A stretch of DNA of 64,000 nt from Patescibacteria group bacterium. GTDB taxonomy: Bacteria > Patescibacteriota > Minisyncoccia > Phycocordibacterales > WO2-35-19. Both the position numbers and the translations under genes were made by a program. Below the pieces are notes generated by a model that searched no databases, was not told the DNA's origin, and saw only the letters and a program-made list of their open reading frames with translations. Below are positions 36,754 through 45,770 of the stretch, piece by piece; the first letter of the stretch is position 1; each line of letters begins with the position of its first letter. The stretch covers positions 90,525-154,524 of the forward strand of contig JBBTSI010000003.1 of the NCBI GenBank assembly GCA_038064735.1, written 5' to 3'.

Positions 36754-37110
36754 ATGTCTAAACTCGTTCATAACAATCAAATATTAGAAGAACGAAGAAG
36801 GGAATTAAGAAAAAACCAAACTAAAACAGAAGAAATATTGTGGTGGTATTTGAGAGGCCAAAAGCTAGGAGTGAAATTCAAAAGGCAACATAGTATTGGA
36901 GGTTATATTTTGGATTTTTATTGTCCTGAAAAGAAATTAATCATTGAACTTGATGGAGAAGTCCATAATACAAAAGAAGCTAGAGAATATGACGAGGTGA
37001 GGGATAAATATTTCAGAGAACTTGATTATAAAATTTTGAGATTTGAGAATAGGGAAGTTGAGAATGATATTGAAAAAGTTTTAGAGAAAATTGAAAAAGA
37101 GACTTGTTAG
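36754..37110 (+). CDS. DUF559 family (Vsr-like PD-(D/E)xK) endonuclease-domain protein
   Basis: ILWWYLRGQKLGVKFKRQHSIGGYILDFYCPEKKLIIELDGEVH...DEVRDKYFRELDYKILRF. Confidence 0.85.
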   Translation: MSKLVHNNQILEERRRELRKNQTKTEEILWWYLRGQKLGVKFKRQHSIGGYILDFYCPEKKLIIELDGEVHNTKEAREYDEVRDKYFRELDYKILRFENREVENDIEKVLEKIEKETC

Positions 37111-37136
37111 AGTCTCTTTTTACTGAATAATACTGT

Positions 37137-37298
37137 TTATAACAAAAAATAACCCGCTAAAACACCAGTCAAAAGTGCCGGTGTGTCGTAAACATACAGT
37201 CTCCATCCCGTAGGATTAATACCTGTTAAGCATCTGGAGATTATATTCAAAACAACATAAAACACAACAATAATAACTAATACTATTAGTTTATGCAT
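37137..37298 (-). CDS. Candidate 53-aa hydrophobic peptide inside the DUF559 cassette
   Basis: GGAGG SD then ATG; MHKLIVLVIIVVFYVVLNIIS...; below the 60-aa ORF-track threshold. Confidence 0.25.
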   Translation of the reverse strand: MHKLIVLVIIVVFYVVLNIISRCLTGINPTGWRLYVYDTPALLTGVLAGYFLL

Positions 37299-37465
37299 TT
37301 TTATTCCTCCAAGTTGAATAAATCTGTTTTATATAATAACACTTTAAGTAAAAATTGCAAATCTGGATTTATTCCTAGCCCCTCACCTTCGCAAGGTGAG
37401 GGGCAGCTTGCCTACGGCAAGCGGGGTGGGGTCGTTTATTATATTAATTTTGCTATAATTAAATC

Positions 37466-37768
37466 ATGCAAAAAATAAATAAAATTTTAATTATTTTATT
37501 TTTGGTCCTAGGTGTTTTGACTTTGTATATGGGTCTCTCTGTTGATTTGAAATGTTCGGAAGCAACATTTAGAGACAATCTGGTAGCCGGTCTGCCACTT
37601 TGGGTATTCGGTATTTATTGTCTTTTTACATCTTTATTTTTGTGGAAAAAGCCCTTGATTGGAAAAGTTTTGGCTGTTATTACTTTTGTCATCGCTACGG
37701 TTTTATTTTTGGCATCAGTTTTTGATTTGTCTATTCCAATCATCAAAACTTCTTGTACCAATCTTTAG
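37466..37768 (+). CDS. Small three-TM membrane protein
   Basis: GCTATAAT-N6-ATG leaderless-type start; hydrophobic helices. Confidence 0.5.
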   Translation: MQKINKILIILFLVLGVLTLYMGLSVDLKCSEATFRDNLVAGLPLWVFGIYCLFTSLFLWKKPLIGKVLAVITFVIATVLFLASVFDLSIPIIKTSCTNL

Positions 37769-37803
37769 TAGCGAGTAAAGTATTTATTTTTTACTTATTC
37801 CGA

Positions 37804-38958
37804 TCATTTCCCTTCCACGAAACTGAGGGCCATTTTTTGTTCCTTAGGATCAAAAATGTTGATTTTGAAGTTGTAAGTTTTACCGAGTTCTAATTTTTCA
37901 CGAAGTTTATCCTCAGTACCAAATTCGGAGACGTGTACGAGACCAGCCACTCCTTCTTCAATAGAGGCCAAAGCGCCATGTTTGTTAAATTTGATAATCA
38001 CTCCACTTACCGTGTCATCTTTTTTGTATTTTTTGCTGGCCTCAGTCCAAGGGTTGTCTCTCATAGCCTTGATGGAAAGAGAGATTTTGCCATCTTTGAT
38101 TTCAATAACTTTCACTTTTATTTTTTCACCAACTTTGGCAAATTTATGTGGATCATCAACTAGGCCCCAGTCAATTTCGGAAATATGAACTAAGCCTTCC
38201 AAACCATCTTCTATTTTGATGAAGATACCAAAATCAACGATACCGGTGACTTCGCCCATAATTTCATCTCCCAAAGTGTATTTGTCGATAATTTTACCTT
38301 TCTCGCTATTTTCAGGATCTTTTTCAGAGAAAATGAGTTTACCTTCTTTGGCATTGGTGGCGATGATAGCGACTGAAAGTTTTTGGCCGACTAATTTACG
38401 CAATTCATCCAATATTTTGTCTTTGTCCCCGTCAGAAATCCTAGGATAGTGTTCGGTTTTGAGTTGTGATGCAGGCAAGAAGCCGGAAATACCTTGCCAA
38501 ACCAGCATAAGTCCACCTCTGTTGGCTTCTTTGACAGGAATTTCAAATATTTTTTTATCTCTGATAGCTTCTTCAGCATCACTCCAGATAAGAGCTTGTT
38601 TGGCTTCTTTGAGTGAGATTTCTATATAACCTTCTTTGTTGCCTGTGCCGATTATTTTACCGGTAATTTTATCTCCGATATTTATCTTTTTTATAATGTC
38701 TCTGGCGTTAATGTATTCTTTACCGAAAATGACACCTGTACCCCAAGGTGGTAAATCTACGAAAATAGAATTTTTGGCGATAGATATGACACTACCTTCA
38801 ACTATAGAATCTTTGACAGGTGGCAAAATAGAATCATCCAAAAATTTGGACATTCTGCTATTTTCTTTTAAAACTTCTTTTTCGTCCGAAACTGACTCGT
38901 CTTTAACTAATGTTTTTTTAGCCATATTAATTAACAAAAAAACCGCAAGCTTTTTCAC
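37804..38958 (-). CDS. rpsA: 30S ribosomal protein S1 (four S1 domains)
   Basis: Repeated S1 OB-fold motifs. Confidence 0.85.
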   Translation of the reverse strand: MKKLAVFLLINMAKKTLVKDESVSDEKEVLKENSRMSKFLDDSILPPVKDSIVEGSVISIAKNSIFVDLPPWGTGVIFGKEYINARDIIKKINIGDKITGKIIGTGNKEGYIEISLKEAKQALIWSDAEEAIRDKKIFEIPVKEANRGGLMLVWQGISGFLPASQLKTEHYPRISDGDKDKILDELRKLVGQKLSVAIIATNAKEGKLIFSEKDPENSEKGKIIDKYTLGDEIMGEVTGIVDFGIFIKIEDGLEGLVHISEIDWGLVDDPHKFAKVGEKIKVKVIEIKDGKISLSIKAMRDNPWTEASKKYKKDDTVSGVIIKFNKHGALASIEEGVAGLVHVSEFGTEDKLREKLELGKTYNFKINIFDPKEQKMALSFVEGK

Positions 38959-39074
38959 TTTTCTCTTGCCGGTAAGGTGTAGTGAAAGGTTAGGCTTTTG
39001 GAACTTCTTTTAATGGCAGTATTCTAGCAGAAACGTTTAAAATTGCAAGAATACATAGAAAAAAGTTAGGGGTT

Positions 39075-39105
39075 GACTTTTGGGGGTCAAGGGTATATAC
39101 TATAT
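39075..39105 (+). promoter_or_regulatory. Promoter TTGACT-N17-TATACT driving a ~95-nt leader of the RRM-protein gene
   Basis: ttgacttttgggggtcaagggtatatact. Confidence 0.5.
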
Positions 39106-39209
39106 AGGTAAGTGATTAGTTTCTCTTTGTATGTTTTGCGGCTTTAAATCGCGGACAGCAGGCGGAACTCGCTTGGTCGTTTTAGTCGAAGTATAATTTA
39201 AAGCACGCA

Positions 39210-39488
39210 ATGAAAAAGCTTTTCGTAGGCAACTTGCCTTACAAAACAACTGATACCGATCTCAGAGACATGTTCTCAGGGAACGGTGAGGTTACCGAAG
39301 CTGTCGTTATCATGGACAGAGAAAGAGGCGTTTCAAAAGGTTTTGGTTTCGTTACCATGACCAATGACGCTGAAGCTACTGCCGCCATCGATGCATGGAA
39401 TGGTAAAGACGTTGAAGGTAGAGCTCTCACAGTAAATGAGGCTCGTCCTCAAGAGGCTCGTCCTCGTAGAGATAACTTCAGAAGATAA
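39210..39488 (+). CDS. RNA-binding protein with RRM domain
   Basis: RNP-2 LFVGNL and RNP-1 KGFGFVTM; terminator hairpin 39508-39540. Confidence 0.85.
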   Translation: MKKLFVGNLPYKTTDTDLRDMFSGNGEVTEAVVIMDRERGVSKGFGFVTMTNDAEATAAIDAWNGKDVEGRALTVNEARPQEARPRRDNFRR

Positions 39489-39594
39489 TTTCTTTTGAGT
39501 TTACTCACAAAAAACCACTCATCTCGGGTGGTTTTTTGTTGTCTTTTTCCCCCTCTTAATATAAGAGTGGGTTAGGGGGTGATATAATATAAAT

Positions 39595-40077
39595 ATGAAA
39601 AAAACTGGGATAATTTTGATGATAATGGTGGGACTCACAGTTTTGGCTTTTGCTAATAGTTATTTTAATGGAAATGGGCAGATTAAGCAGATTGAAATAC
39701 CAAAAATTATAAAAATTGGTGATGTGACACTTGATATAGAGGTGGCAAATACCAGTGCAACTAGAGAGCAAGGGCTTTCAGGGAAAATTGCCAAAGAAGG
39801 TGATCCGCTCGGATTGGGATTAGGAGAAAATGAAGGCCTGCTCTTTATTTTTGAGAAAGAAGGATATTACGGATTTTGGATGAAAGATATGAATTTTGCT
39901 ATTGATATGGTTTGGATTGATAAAAATAAAAAAATAATTCATATAGAGAAGAATGTAGCGACGAGTACTTATCCAAAAATTTTCAATCCAAACTCTTCAA
40001 GTTTGTATGTCCTAGAAATCCCATCTGGATTTTTGGTGAAAAATAACGTGAAAATCGGCGACTTTGTTGCCTTTTAA
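39595..40077 (+). CDS. DUF192 domain protein
   Basis: N-terminal TM; LDIEVANTSATREQGLSG...LLFIF...FWMKDM...LEIPSG pattern. Confidence 0.78.
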   Translation: MKKTGIILMIMVGLTVLAFANSYFNGNGQIKQIEIPKIIKIGDVTLDIEVANTSATREQGLSGKIAKEGDPLGLGLGENEGLLFIFEKEGYYGFWMKDMNFAIDMVWIDKNKKIIHIEKNVATSTYPKIFNPNSSSLYVLEIPSGFLVKNNVKIGDFVAF

Positions 40078-40097
40078 ATCTTTCTGTTTTGTGACAG

Positions 40098-40106
40098 TTA
40101 TCCACA
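40098..40106 (+). promoter_or_regulatory. Perfect DnaA box TTATCCACA ~100 bp upstream of nrdJ
   Basis: Exact 9-mer; other perfect copies at 5674, 12934 (rc) and 55126, all intergenic. Confidence 0.55.
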
Positions 40107-40207
40107 GGTTTTAAACAGATAAAAATTGTAAAATGAATCACACCGATTTTTTAATTTTTAACAAAATTTAACAAAATATTATCAATTTTTAATTATTTTA
40201 TAAAAAT

Positions 40208-42523
40208 ATGCCTCAAAAAATCAAAAAAACCGCCAAAAAATACGCAATGGAGAGTTTTATAAAAAATGTCCAAAAGCGTGACGGTTCAGTTGTCAAATTT
40301 GATTTTGAGAGGATTGTAACCGCCATAAGTAAAGCTATGGTGGCTTCAAGTGAAGGTTCTAAACCTGAGGCAAGATTGGTGGCCAATAAAGTCTTGGCTG
40401 ATTTGGTCAGGATTTCTAAAAAATTCAAAAATTTTGTGCCAACCGTTGAAGGTATCCAAGATTCGGTTGAAAAAGAACTTATGCTTTCGGAGTATATCTC
40501 AACAGCCAAAGCTTATATTTTGTACCGTGAAGACCGTACTAAAACCAGAGAGCAAGAAAAAATGGTGCCGGCAGAAGTAAAAGCTAAAATTATAGAAAGC
40601 AGTAAGTATTTCAGTACATCGTATCAAGAATTTATTTTCTACCAGTTTTATTCCAGATGGCGTGATGAGCTTGGTCGCAGAGAGACGTGGATTGAAGCTG
40701 TGGATCGCTTTATGGATTATATGAAAGAAAATATGGGTAGCAAACTCACAGCTATTGAATATGCAGAAGTAAGAGAAGGTATTTTGAAACAAGAAGTTTG
40801 TCCTTCAATGCGTTTGCTTTGGTCATCTGGTAAAGCTTGCCGCAGGACTCATGTGACTTCGTACAATTGTGCTTACATCGCTCCAACATGTTGGCAAGAT
40901 CTGGCAGAAATTATGTATGTATCGATGTGTGGCGCCGGTTGTGGTTTTTCTGTTGAACCTGAAAATGTTGGTAAATTTCCTCAAATTCAAAAACAAACCG
41001 GCAAAATGGCTTCTACGATAGTGGTAGAAGATGACAAAATAGGTTGGTGCAATGCTTTTGTAGAAGCTTGTAAAGTTTGGGAGAAAGGTTTTGATGTTGA
41101 AATTGATTATTCTAAAATTCGTCCATCTGGCGCTAAACTTGAAACTATGGGCGGTAGAGCTTCTGGCCCGGCTCCGCTTCAAGAAGTGATGCAATTTACT
41201 AAACGTAAAATTTTGGCTAAACAAGGCAGGAGACTTTCAACTTTAGATTTACATGACATTGTTTGTCAGATAGGTTTGGTTGTCGTAGCTGGTGGTGTCA
41301 GACGCAGTGCTCTTATTTCTCTTTCTGCTTTTGATGATAATGAAATGCGTGATTCCAAAAAAGGCGCTTTTTGGCAGACTGATGGTCAGCGCTCTATGGC
41401 CAACAATTCAGCTGTTTACGAAAATAAACCGTCTGCCGAAGAATTTTTGGAAGAATGGACAGCACTCGTTACTTCGCATGCTGGTGAAAGAGGTATTTTT
41501 AACCGTGCTGGATTAGAATTTCAAGTGCCAAAAAGACGATGGGAAAATCTTAAAGATTTAAAACAAGTCGGTATGAATCCTTGCGGTGAAATTTATCTCC
41601 AATCAAAACAATTTTGCAATTTGACCTCTATTGTTATCAGACCAACCGATGATATAGAAAATTTAAAACGCAAAATTCGTCTCGCTACTCTCATCGGTAC
41701 TTATCAAGCAACTTTGACCAAATTTGAATATCTTTCTAAAGAATGGAAAGAAAATTGTGAAAAAGAACAGCTTCTTGGGGTTTCTCTTACTGGATATTAT
41801 GATAATAAATTAGTTCGAAATGATGAAAATTTGCGTGCCCTTCGTGATGAAGCAATTAAAACAAACAAAAAATATGCCAAACGATTTGGAGTAAATGAAT
41901 CGACAGCCATTACTTGTGTTAAGCCACATGGCAATTCCGGACAACTTCTGGGAGTTGGTTCTGGTATGCATGCTTGGTATTCCAAATATTATATTCGTCG
42001 CGTCAGGATTTCTGCTGCCGACCCACTTCTCAAGCTTGCGAAGGATCAAGGTGTGCCAGTAAAGCCAGAAGTTGGTTATTCAACTTCCAACGCTTCCACT
42101 TTGGTTCTTGAATTTCCATGTAAAGCACCGGAAGGAGCTGTGGTCAGTAAAGATGTTTCAGCTTTGGCGTTACTTGAAGAATGGAAACGTCTCAAAATCA
42201 ATTTCACGGAACACAATCCTTCAGCCACTATATATGTGAGCGATGATGAATGGATAGCTGTAGCAAATTTCGTTTACAAAAATTGGGAGCTTGTGGGAGG
42301 ACTCACATTTTTACCGAGAGATAATCATATCTACCAACTTGCACCTTATGAAGAGATAAATAAAGAAGAATACGACAGACGAGTCAAAGAACTCAAACAT
42401 ATTGATTTTTCTAGACTTTTGCTTTATGAGTCTAGTGACAATACTGTAGGTGCCAAAGAATTAGCTTGTGTTTCTGGTGTTTGTTCTATTAACGACATCG
42501 CTCCTCAAATTGAAGCAAAATAA
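40208..42523 (+). CDS. nrdJ: Ribonucleotide reductase, class II (adenosylcobalamin-dependent, NrdJ-type) with N-terminal ATP-cone
   Basis: ATP-cone VQKRDGSVVKFDFERI; NPCGEI active-site motif. Confidence 0.85.
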   Translation: MPQKIKKTAKKYAMESFIKNVQKRDGSVVKFDFERIVTAISKAMVASSEGSKPEARLVANKVLADLVRISKKFKNFVPTVEGIQDSVEKELMLSEYISTAKAYILYREDRTKTREQEKMVPAEVKAKIIESSKYFSTSYQEFIFYQFYSRWRDELGRRETWIEAVDRFMDYMKENMGSKLTAIEYAEVREGILKQEVCPSMRLLWSSGKACRRTHVTSYNCAYIAPTCWQDLAEIMYVSMCGAGCGFSVEPENVGKFPQIQKQTGKMASTIVVEDDKIGWCNAFVEACKVWEKGFDVEIDYSKIRPSGAKLETMGGRASGPAPLQEVMQFTKRKILAKQGRRLSTLDLHDIVCQIGLVVVAGGVRRSALISLSAFDDNEMRDSKKGAFWQTDGQRSMANNSAVYENKPSAEEFLEEWTALVTSHAGERGIFNRAGLEFQVPKRRWENLKDLKQVGMNPCGEIYLQSKQFCNLTSIVIRPTDDIENLKRKIRLATLIGTYQATLTKFEYLSKEWKENCEKEQLLGVSLTGYYDNKLVRNDENLRALRDEAIKTNKKYAKRFGVNESTAITCVKPHGNSGQLLGVGSGMHAWYSKYYIRRVRISAADPLLKLAKDQGVPVKPEVGYSTSNASTLVLEFPCKAPEGAVVSKDVSALALLEEWKRLKINFTEHNPSATIYVSDDEWIAVANFVYKNWELVGGLTFLPRDNHIYQLAPYEEINKEEYDRRVKELKHIDFSRLLLYESSDNTVGAKELACVSGVCSINDIAPQIEAK

Positions 42524-42602
42524 ATTGTTTGTCCACCGAAAATTTAATATTGTTGCCAAATTTTTGGTATAATTTTGGTATAACTAATTAATTTAAAATC
42601 GT

Positions 42603-43637
42603 ATGGAAAACAAAACAATAAAAGTCGCCATAAATGGCGCGGGGAGGATTGGCAGAGCATTTTTGAAATTGGCTTTGAAAGAGTCGAGTATTGAAATTGT
42701 AGCCATGAATGATTTGGGTGATATTGAAAATATCGCTTACTTACTGAAGTATGATACCGCTTATGGCAACGCTCAGTTTCCTGTTTCAGTCAAAGAAGAC
42801 AAAACTGCGATTATTGTAAACGGAAAAGAAATTAAATTTTTGAGCGAAAAAGATCCTGCTGTTTTGCCTTGGAAAGATTTGGATGTGGATGTGGTCATTG
42901 AGTCAACGGGCGCTTTTACTGGTTATGAAAAAGCTAGAGCTCACGTCACTGCCGGAGCCAAAAGAGTGGTCATTACTGCGCCAGCCAAAGGCGAACCAAA
43001 AGATGAAACTGAGGTGATGGTTCTCATGGGTATAAATGATGAAAAATTGGAAAAAAGTGTCATCAGTTCAAATGCTTCTTGTACCACTAACGCGATTTCG
43101 CCAGTTATTCAAATTTTGCACGAAAAAATTGGCATTGATAAAGCCATACTCAACACCACTCACGCTTACACTGCCAGCCAAGTGACTGTTGATGGGCCAA
43201 ACAAAAAAGATTGGAAAGAGGGCAGAGCCGCCGCTCAAAATATTATTCCCACTTCAACTGGTGCCGCCAAAGCTCTGACTAAAATAGTAACTGATTTGGA
43301 AGGTAAGTTTGACGGGCTTTCAATGCGAGTGCCTGTGGTTGCCGGTTCTATCGCTGATGTGACTTTCATTAGTAAGAGAGATACTACAGTAGAAGAAGTT
43401 AATAAAGTTCTCAAAGAGGCTGCTAGTGAGCCGAGGTGGCAAGGTCTTTATACTGTGACTGAAGATTTGATTGTTTCTAGTGATATTGTTGGTTCACTTT
43501 TTGGTTCAATAGCCGATTTAGGACTGACCAAAGTTATCGGTGGCAATTTGGTTAAAGTATGTGCTTGGTATGATAATGAGATGGGGTACACTAACACTCT
43601 TATTAAACATGTTTTGAAAATTGGAACGTTTTTATAA
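42603..43637 (+). CDS. gap: Glyceraldehyde-3-phosphate dehydrogenase, type I
   Basis: INGAGRIGR NAD motif; SNASCTTNA catalytic Cys. Confidence 0.92.
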   Translation: MENKTIKVAINGAGRIGRAFLKLALKESSIEIVAMNDLGDIENIAYLLKYDTAYGNAQFPVSVKEDKTAIIVNGKEIKFLSEKDPAVLPWKDLDVDVVIESTGAFTGYEKARAHVTAGAKRVVITAPAKGEPKDETEVMVLMGINDEKLEKSVISSNASCTTNAISPVIQILHEKIGIDKAILNTTHAYTASQVTVDGPNKKDWKEGRAAAQNIIPTSTGAAKALTKIVTDLEGKFDGLSMRVPVVAGSIADVTFISKRDTTVEEVNKVLKEAASEPRWQGLYTVTEDLIVSSDIVGSLFGSIADLGLTKVIGGNLVKVCAWYDNEMGYTNTLIKHVLKIGTFL

Positions 43638-43650
43638 TTGATTTTATTTT

Positions 43651-44037
43651 ATGAACAAACAAAAATTTTTGGTTGGGATTACGGGGATTTGGTTATTAGT
43701 AAATTTACCAATTATTCCATTTGCTGGATCATTAGTAATTGCTTTTCTATCAAATAATTCTTCTGATATAAGAGTACCCTTTGCAATATTATCTTTTTCA
43801 GTTTTCTCTATTGTTTTTATTCTGAATAGGTGTTGGTTTAAAAAATATACTAGTCTTCCCGTTTTTTTGACTTTTATTATATTTATTTTTAGTACCCTTT
43901 CATTACAATCCGTTAATAAATTTATGAGTAATCATTTTTATGTGGGATATGGGTTACTCGTTGCATTCTTTATTTTATGCATCATGGTAGTAATAGAAGC
44001 AATGCACAAATATCCATTATTTAAAAAAAATAAATGA
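43651..44037 (+). CDS. Hypothetical membrane protein
   Basis: Four hydrophobic helices. Confidence 0.45.
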   Translation: MNKQKFLVGITGIWLLVNLPIIPFAGSLVIAFLSNNSSDIRVPFAILSFSVFSIVFILNRCWFKKYTSLPVFLTFIIFIFSTLSLQSVNKFMSNHFYVGYGLLVAFFILCIMVVIEAMHKYPLFKKNK

Positions 44038-44477
44038 AAATATATTTTGCAGCGGATCATGCGGGGTTTGAGATGAAAGGAGCTTTGATTGAGTTTGTCA
44101 AAGAGTTTGGTTTTGAGGTTGAAGATTGCGGAGCTTATGAGTTGAACCCAAATGACGATTATCCGGAGTTTGTGAAAAAAGCGGCACAGGCAGTCTCTGA
44201 GGCCCCAGAAACCTCAAGGGCAATAGTTTTAGGAGGCAGTGGTCAAGGAGAGGACATGGTGGCTGACAAGTTTACCAATGTCCGTTCGGCCGAATATTAT
44301 GGTGGCAATTTGGAAGTCATCAAACTTTCTCGTGAACACAACAATGCTAATGTGCTCTCTCTCGGCGCCAGATTTTTAACTTTGGATGAAGCCAAGGAAG
44401 CGGTCAAACTTTGGCTCGGAACCCCTTATTCTAATGAACCACGCCACGGCAGAAGAATTAGTGAAATTGAAAATTAA
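44034..44477 (+). CDS. rpiB: Ribose-5-phosphate isomerase B (RpiB/LacAB family)
   Basis: MKIYFAADHAGFEMK...CGAYE...LGGSGQGE. Confidence 0.88.
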   Translation: MKIYFAADHAGFEMKGALIEFVKEFGFEVEDCGAYELNPNDDYPEFVKKAAQAVSEAPETSRAIVLGGSGQGEDMVADKFTNVRSAEYYGGNLEVIKLSREHNNANVLSLGARFLTLDEAKEAVKLWLGTPYSNEPRHGRRISEIEN

Positions 44478-44486
44478 ATTTAAAAA

Positions 44487-45329
44487 ATGCTGCAGATTAC
44501 AGATGACAAAATAAAATGGTTGGAGGAGAAAGCGCGAGATATAAGAGTCTCGATTATTGAAATGCTCGTGGAAGCAGGAAGTGGACATCCAGGTGGAGCG
44601 CTTGGCATGGCTGATATTTTCTCGGCATTGTATTTTTTCATATTGAAACACGACCCAACCAATCCTGAATGGAACGACAGAGACCGTTTGGTGCTTTCCA
44701 ATGGCCACATTTGTCCGGTACTTTATGCGACGCTAGCTCATAGTGGTTATATTAAAATGGAAGAACTGAAAACTTTGAGAAAGTTTGGTTCGAGACTCCA
44801 AGGACATCCTGATCGTAGGTTTTTACCGTTTTTGGAAACCACTTCCGGTCCTTTGGGTTGTGGGCTTTCGCAAGCTGTTGGTATGTGTCTGGCTGATGGA
44901 ATGGACTCAGGTATGCATTCAGAAAAACAATTTTATTGCATTTTGAGCGACGGCGAACTTGATGAAGGAAATATTTGGGAAGCGGTGATGCTTGGCGCTA
45001 AAGAAAGACTTCAAAATTTAACCGTGATTATAGATAGAAATAAAATACAACTAAGCGGAGATACTGAAAGTATAATGCCATTAGAACCATTGGGGGCAAA
45101 ATGGGAAGCATTCAATTGGCACGTTCAAACAATAAACGGCAATAATATCCAAGAAATAATCAAAGCTGTCAGCCAAGCTCAAGCAGTTTTTGATAAACCT
45201 TCAGTGATAATCGCACAAACCATCCCGGGCAAAGGAGTTTCTTTTATGGAAGGCAAGTGGCAATGGCACGGCAAACCGTTGACCAAAGAAGAAGCCGAGC
45301 AAGCTTTAAGTGAATTAAAAAATGCTTAA
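44487..45329 (+). CDS. tktA: Transketolase, N-terminal (TPP-binding) subunit
   Basis: GSGHPGGALGMADI, GHICPVLYA, LSDGELDEGNIWEA. Confidence 0.88.
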   Translation: MLQITDDKIKWLEEKARDIRVSIIEMLVEAGSGHPGGALGMADIFSALYFFILKHDPTNPEWNDRDRLVLSNGHICPVLYATLAHSGYIKMEELKTLRKFGSRLQGHPDRRFLPFLETTSGPLGCGLSQAVGMCLADGMDSGMHSEKQFYCILSDGELDEGNIWEAVMLGAKERLQNLTVIIDRNKIQLSGDTESIMPLEPLGAKWEAFNWHVQTINGNNIQEIIKAVSQAQAVFDKPSVIIAQTIPGKGVSFMEGKWQWHGKPLTKEEAEQALSELKNA

Positions 45330-45370
45330 TCAAAATTATCAATAAATATTAATTAAACTAAAAAACTAAA

Positions 45371-45730
45371 ATGAAAAAAATTTTAAAAATTTGCTGGATA
45401 TTAACAGGATTTATTTTTCTTGCTGGTTTAATTTTATCAATATATGGTTGGGGTTGCGGTTATAGTAGTGGCTATAATTTATTGTGCTCTTCTAAACAAT
45501 CATTGGGTCTTGCTCTTGTTGTTCTATTGATACCACTCTCTGTTTTCAGTATTGCTTATAAAATAAGTGAAAATAATAGATTGAATAAAACGGCAAGCGA
45601 AAATGATGAAGATAAGCAAAAAAGGAAAAAAGATAATCATTTTCTTTTAATTATTTTTATTAGTTTTATCGCATTCTTTTTGATTATGTATAGTTTTCTT
45701 ACTTTTATTGTGGGTGTGCGCTGGGGTTAG
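45371..45730 (+). CDS. Hypothetical membrane protein inserted between transketolase halves
   Basis: Two hydrophobic helices, KQKRKK basic linker. Confidence 0.45.
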   Translation: MKKILKICWILTGFIFLAGLILSIYGWGCGYSSGYNLLCSSKQSLGLALVVLLIPLSVFSIAYKISENNRLNKTASENDEDKQKRKKDNHFLLIIFISFIAFFLIMYSFLTFIVGVRWG

Positions 45731-45770
45731 AAAATAATCGTAAACAGAATTAAAAAATGTGAATTAAAAA

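Larger units (their letters stand above)
36672..37436. mobile_element. DUF559 endonuclease cassette flanked by ~65-bp imperfect inverted repeats that each contain two hairpins
   Basis: 36672-36739 vs rc of 37374-37436: shared AACGACCCCACCCC, middle hairpins that differ with compensatory changes, shared CTCACCTTGCGAAGGTGAGGG. Confidence 0.5.
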
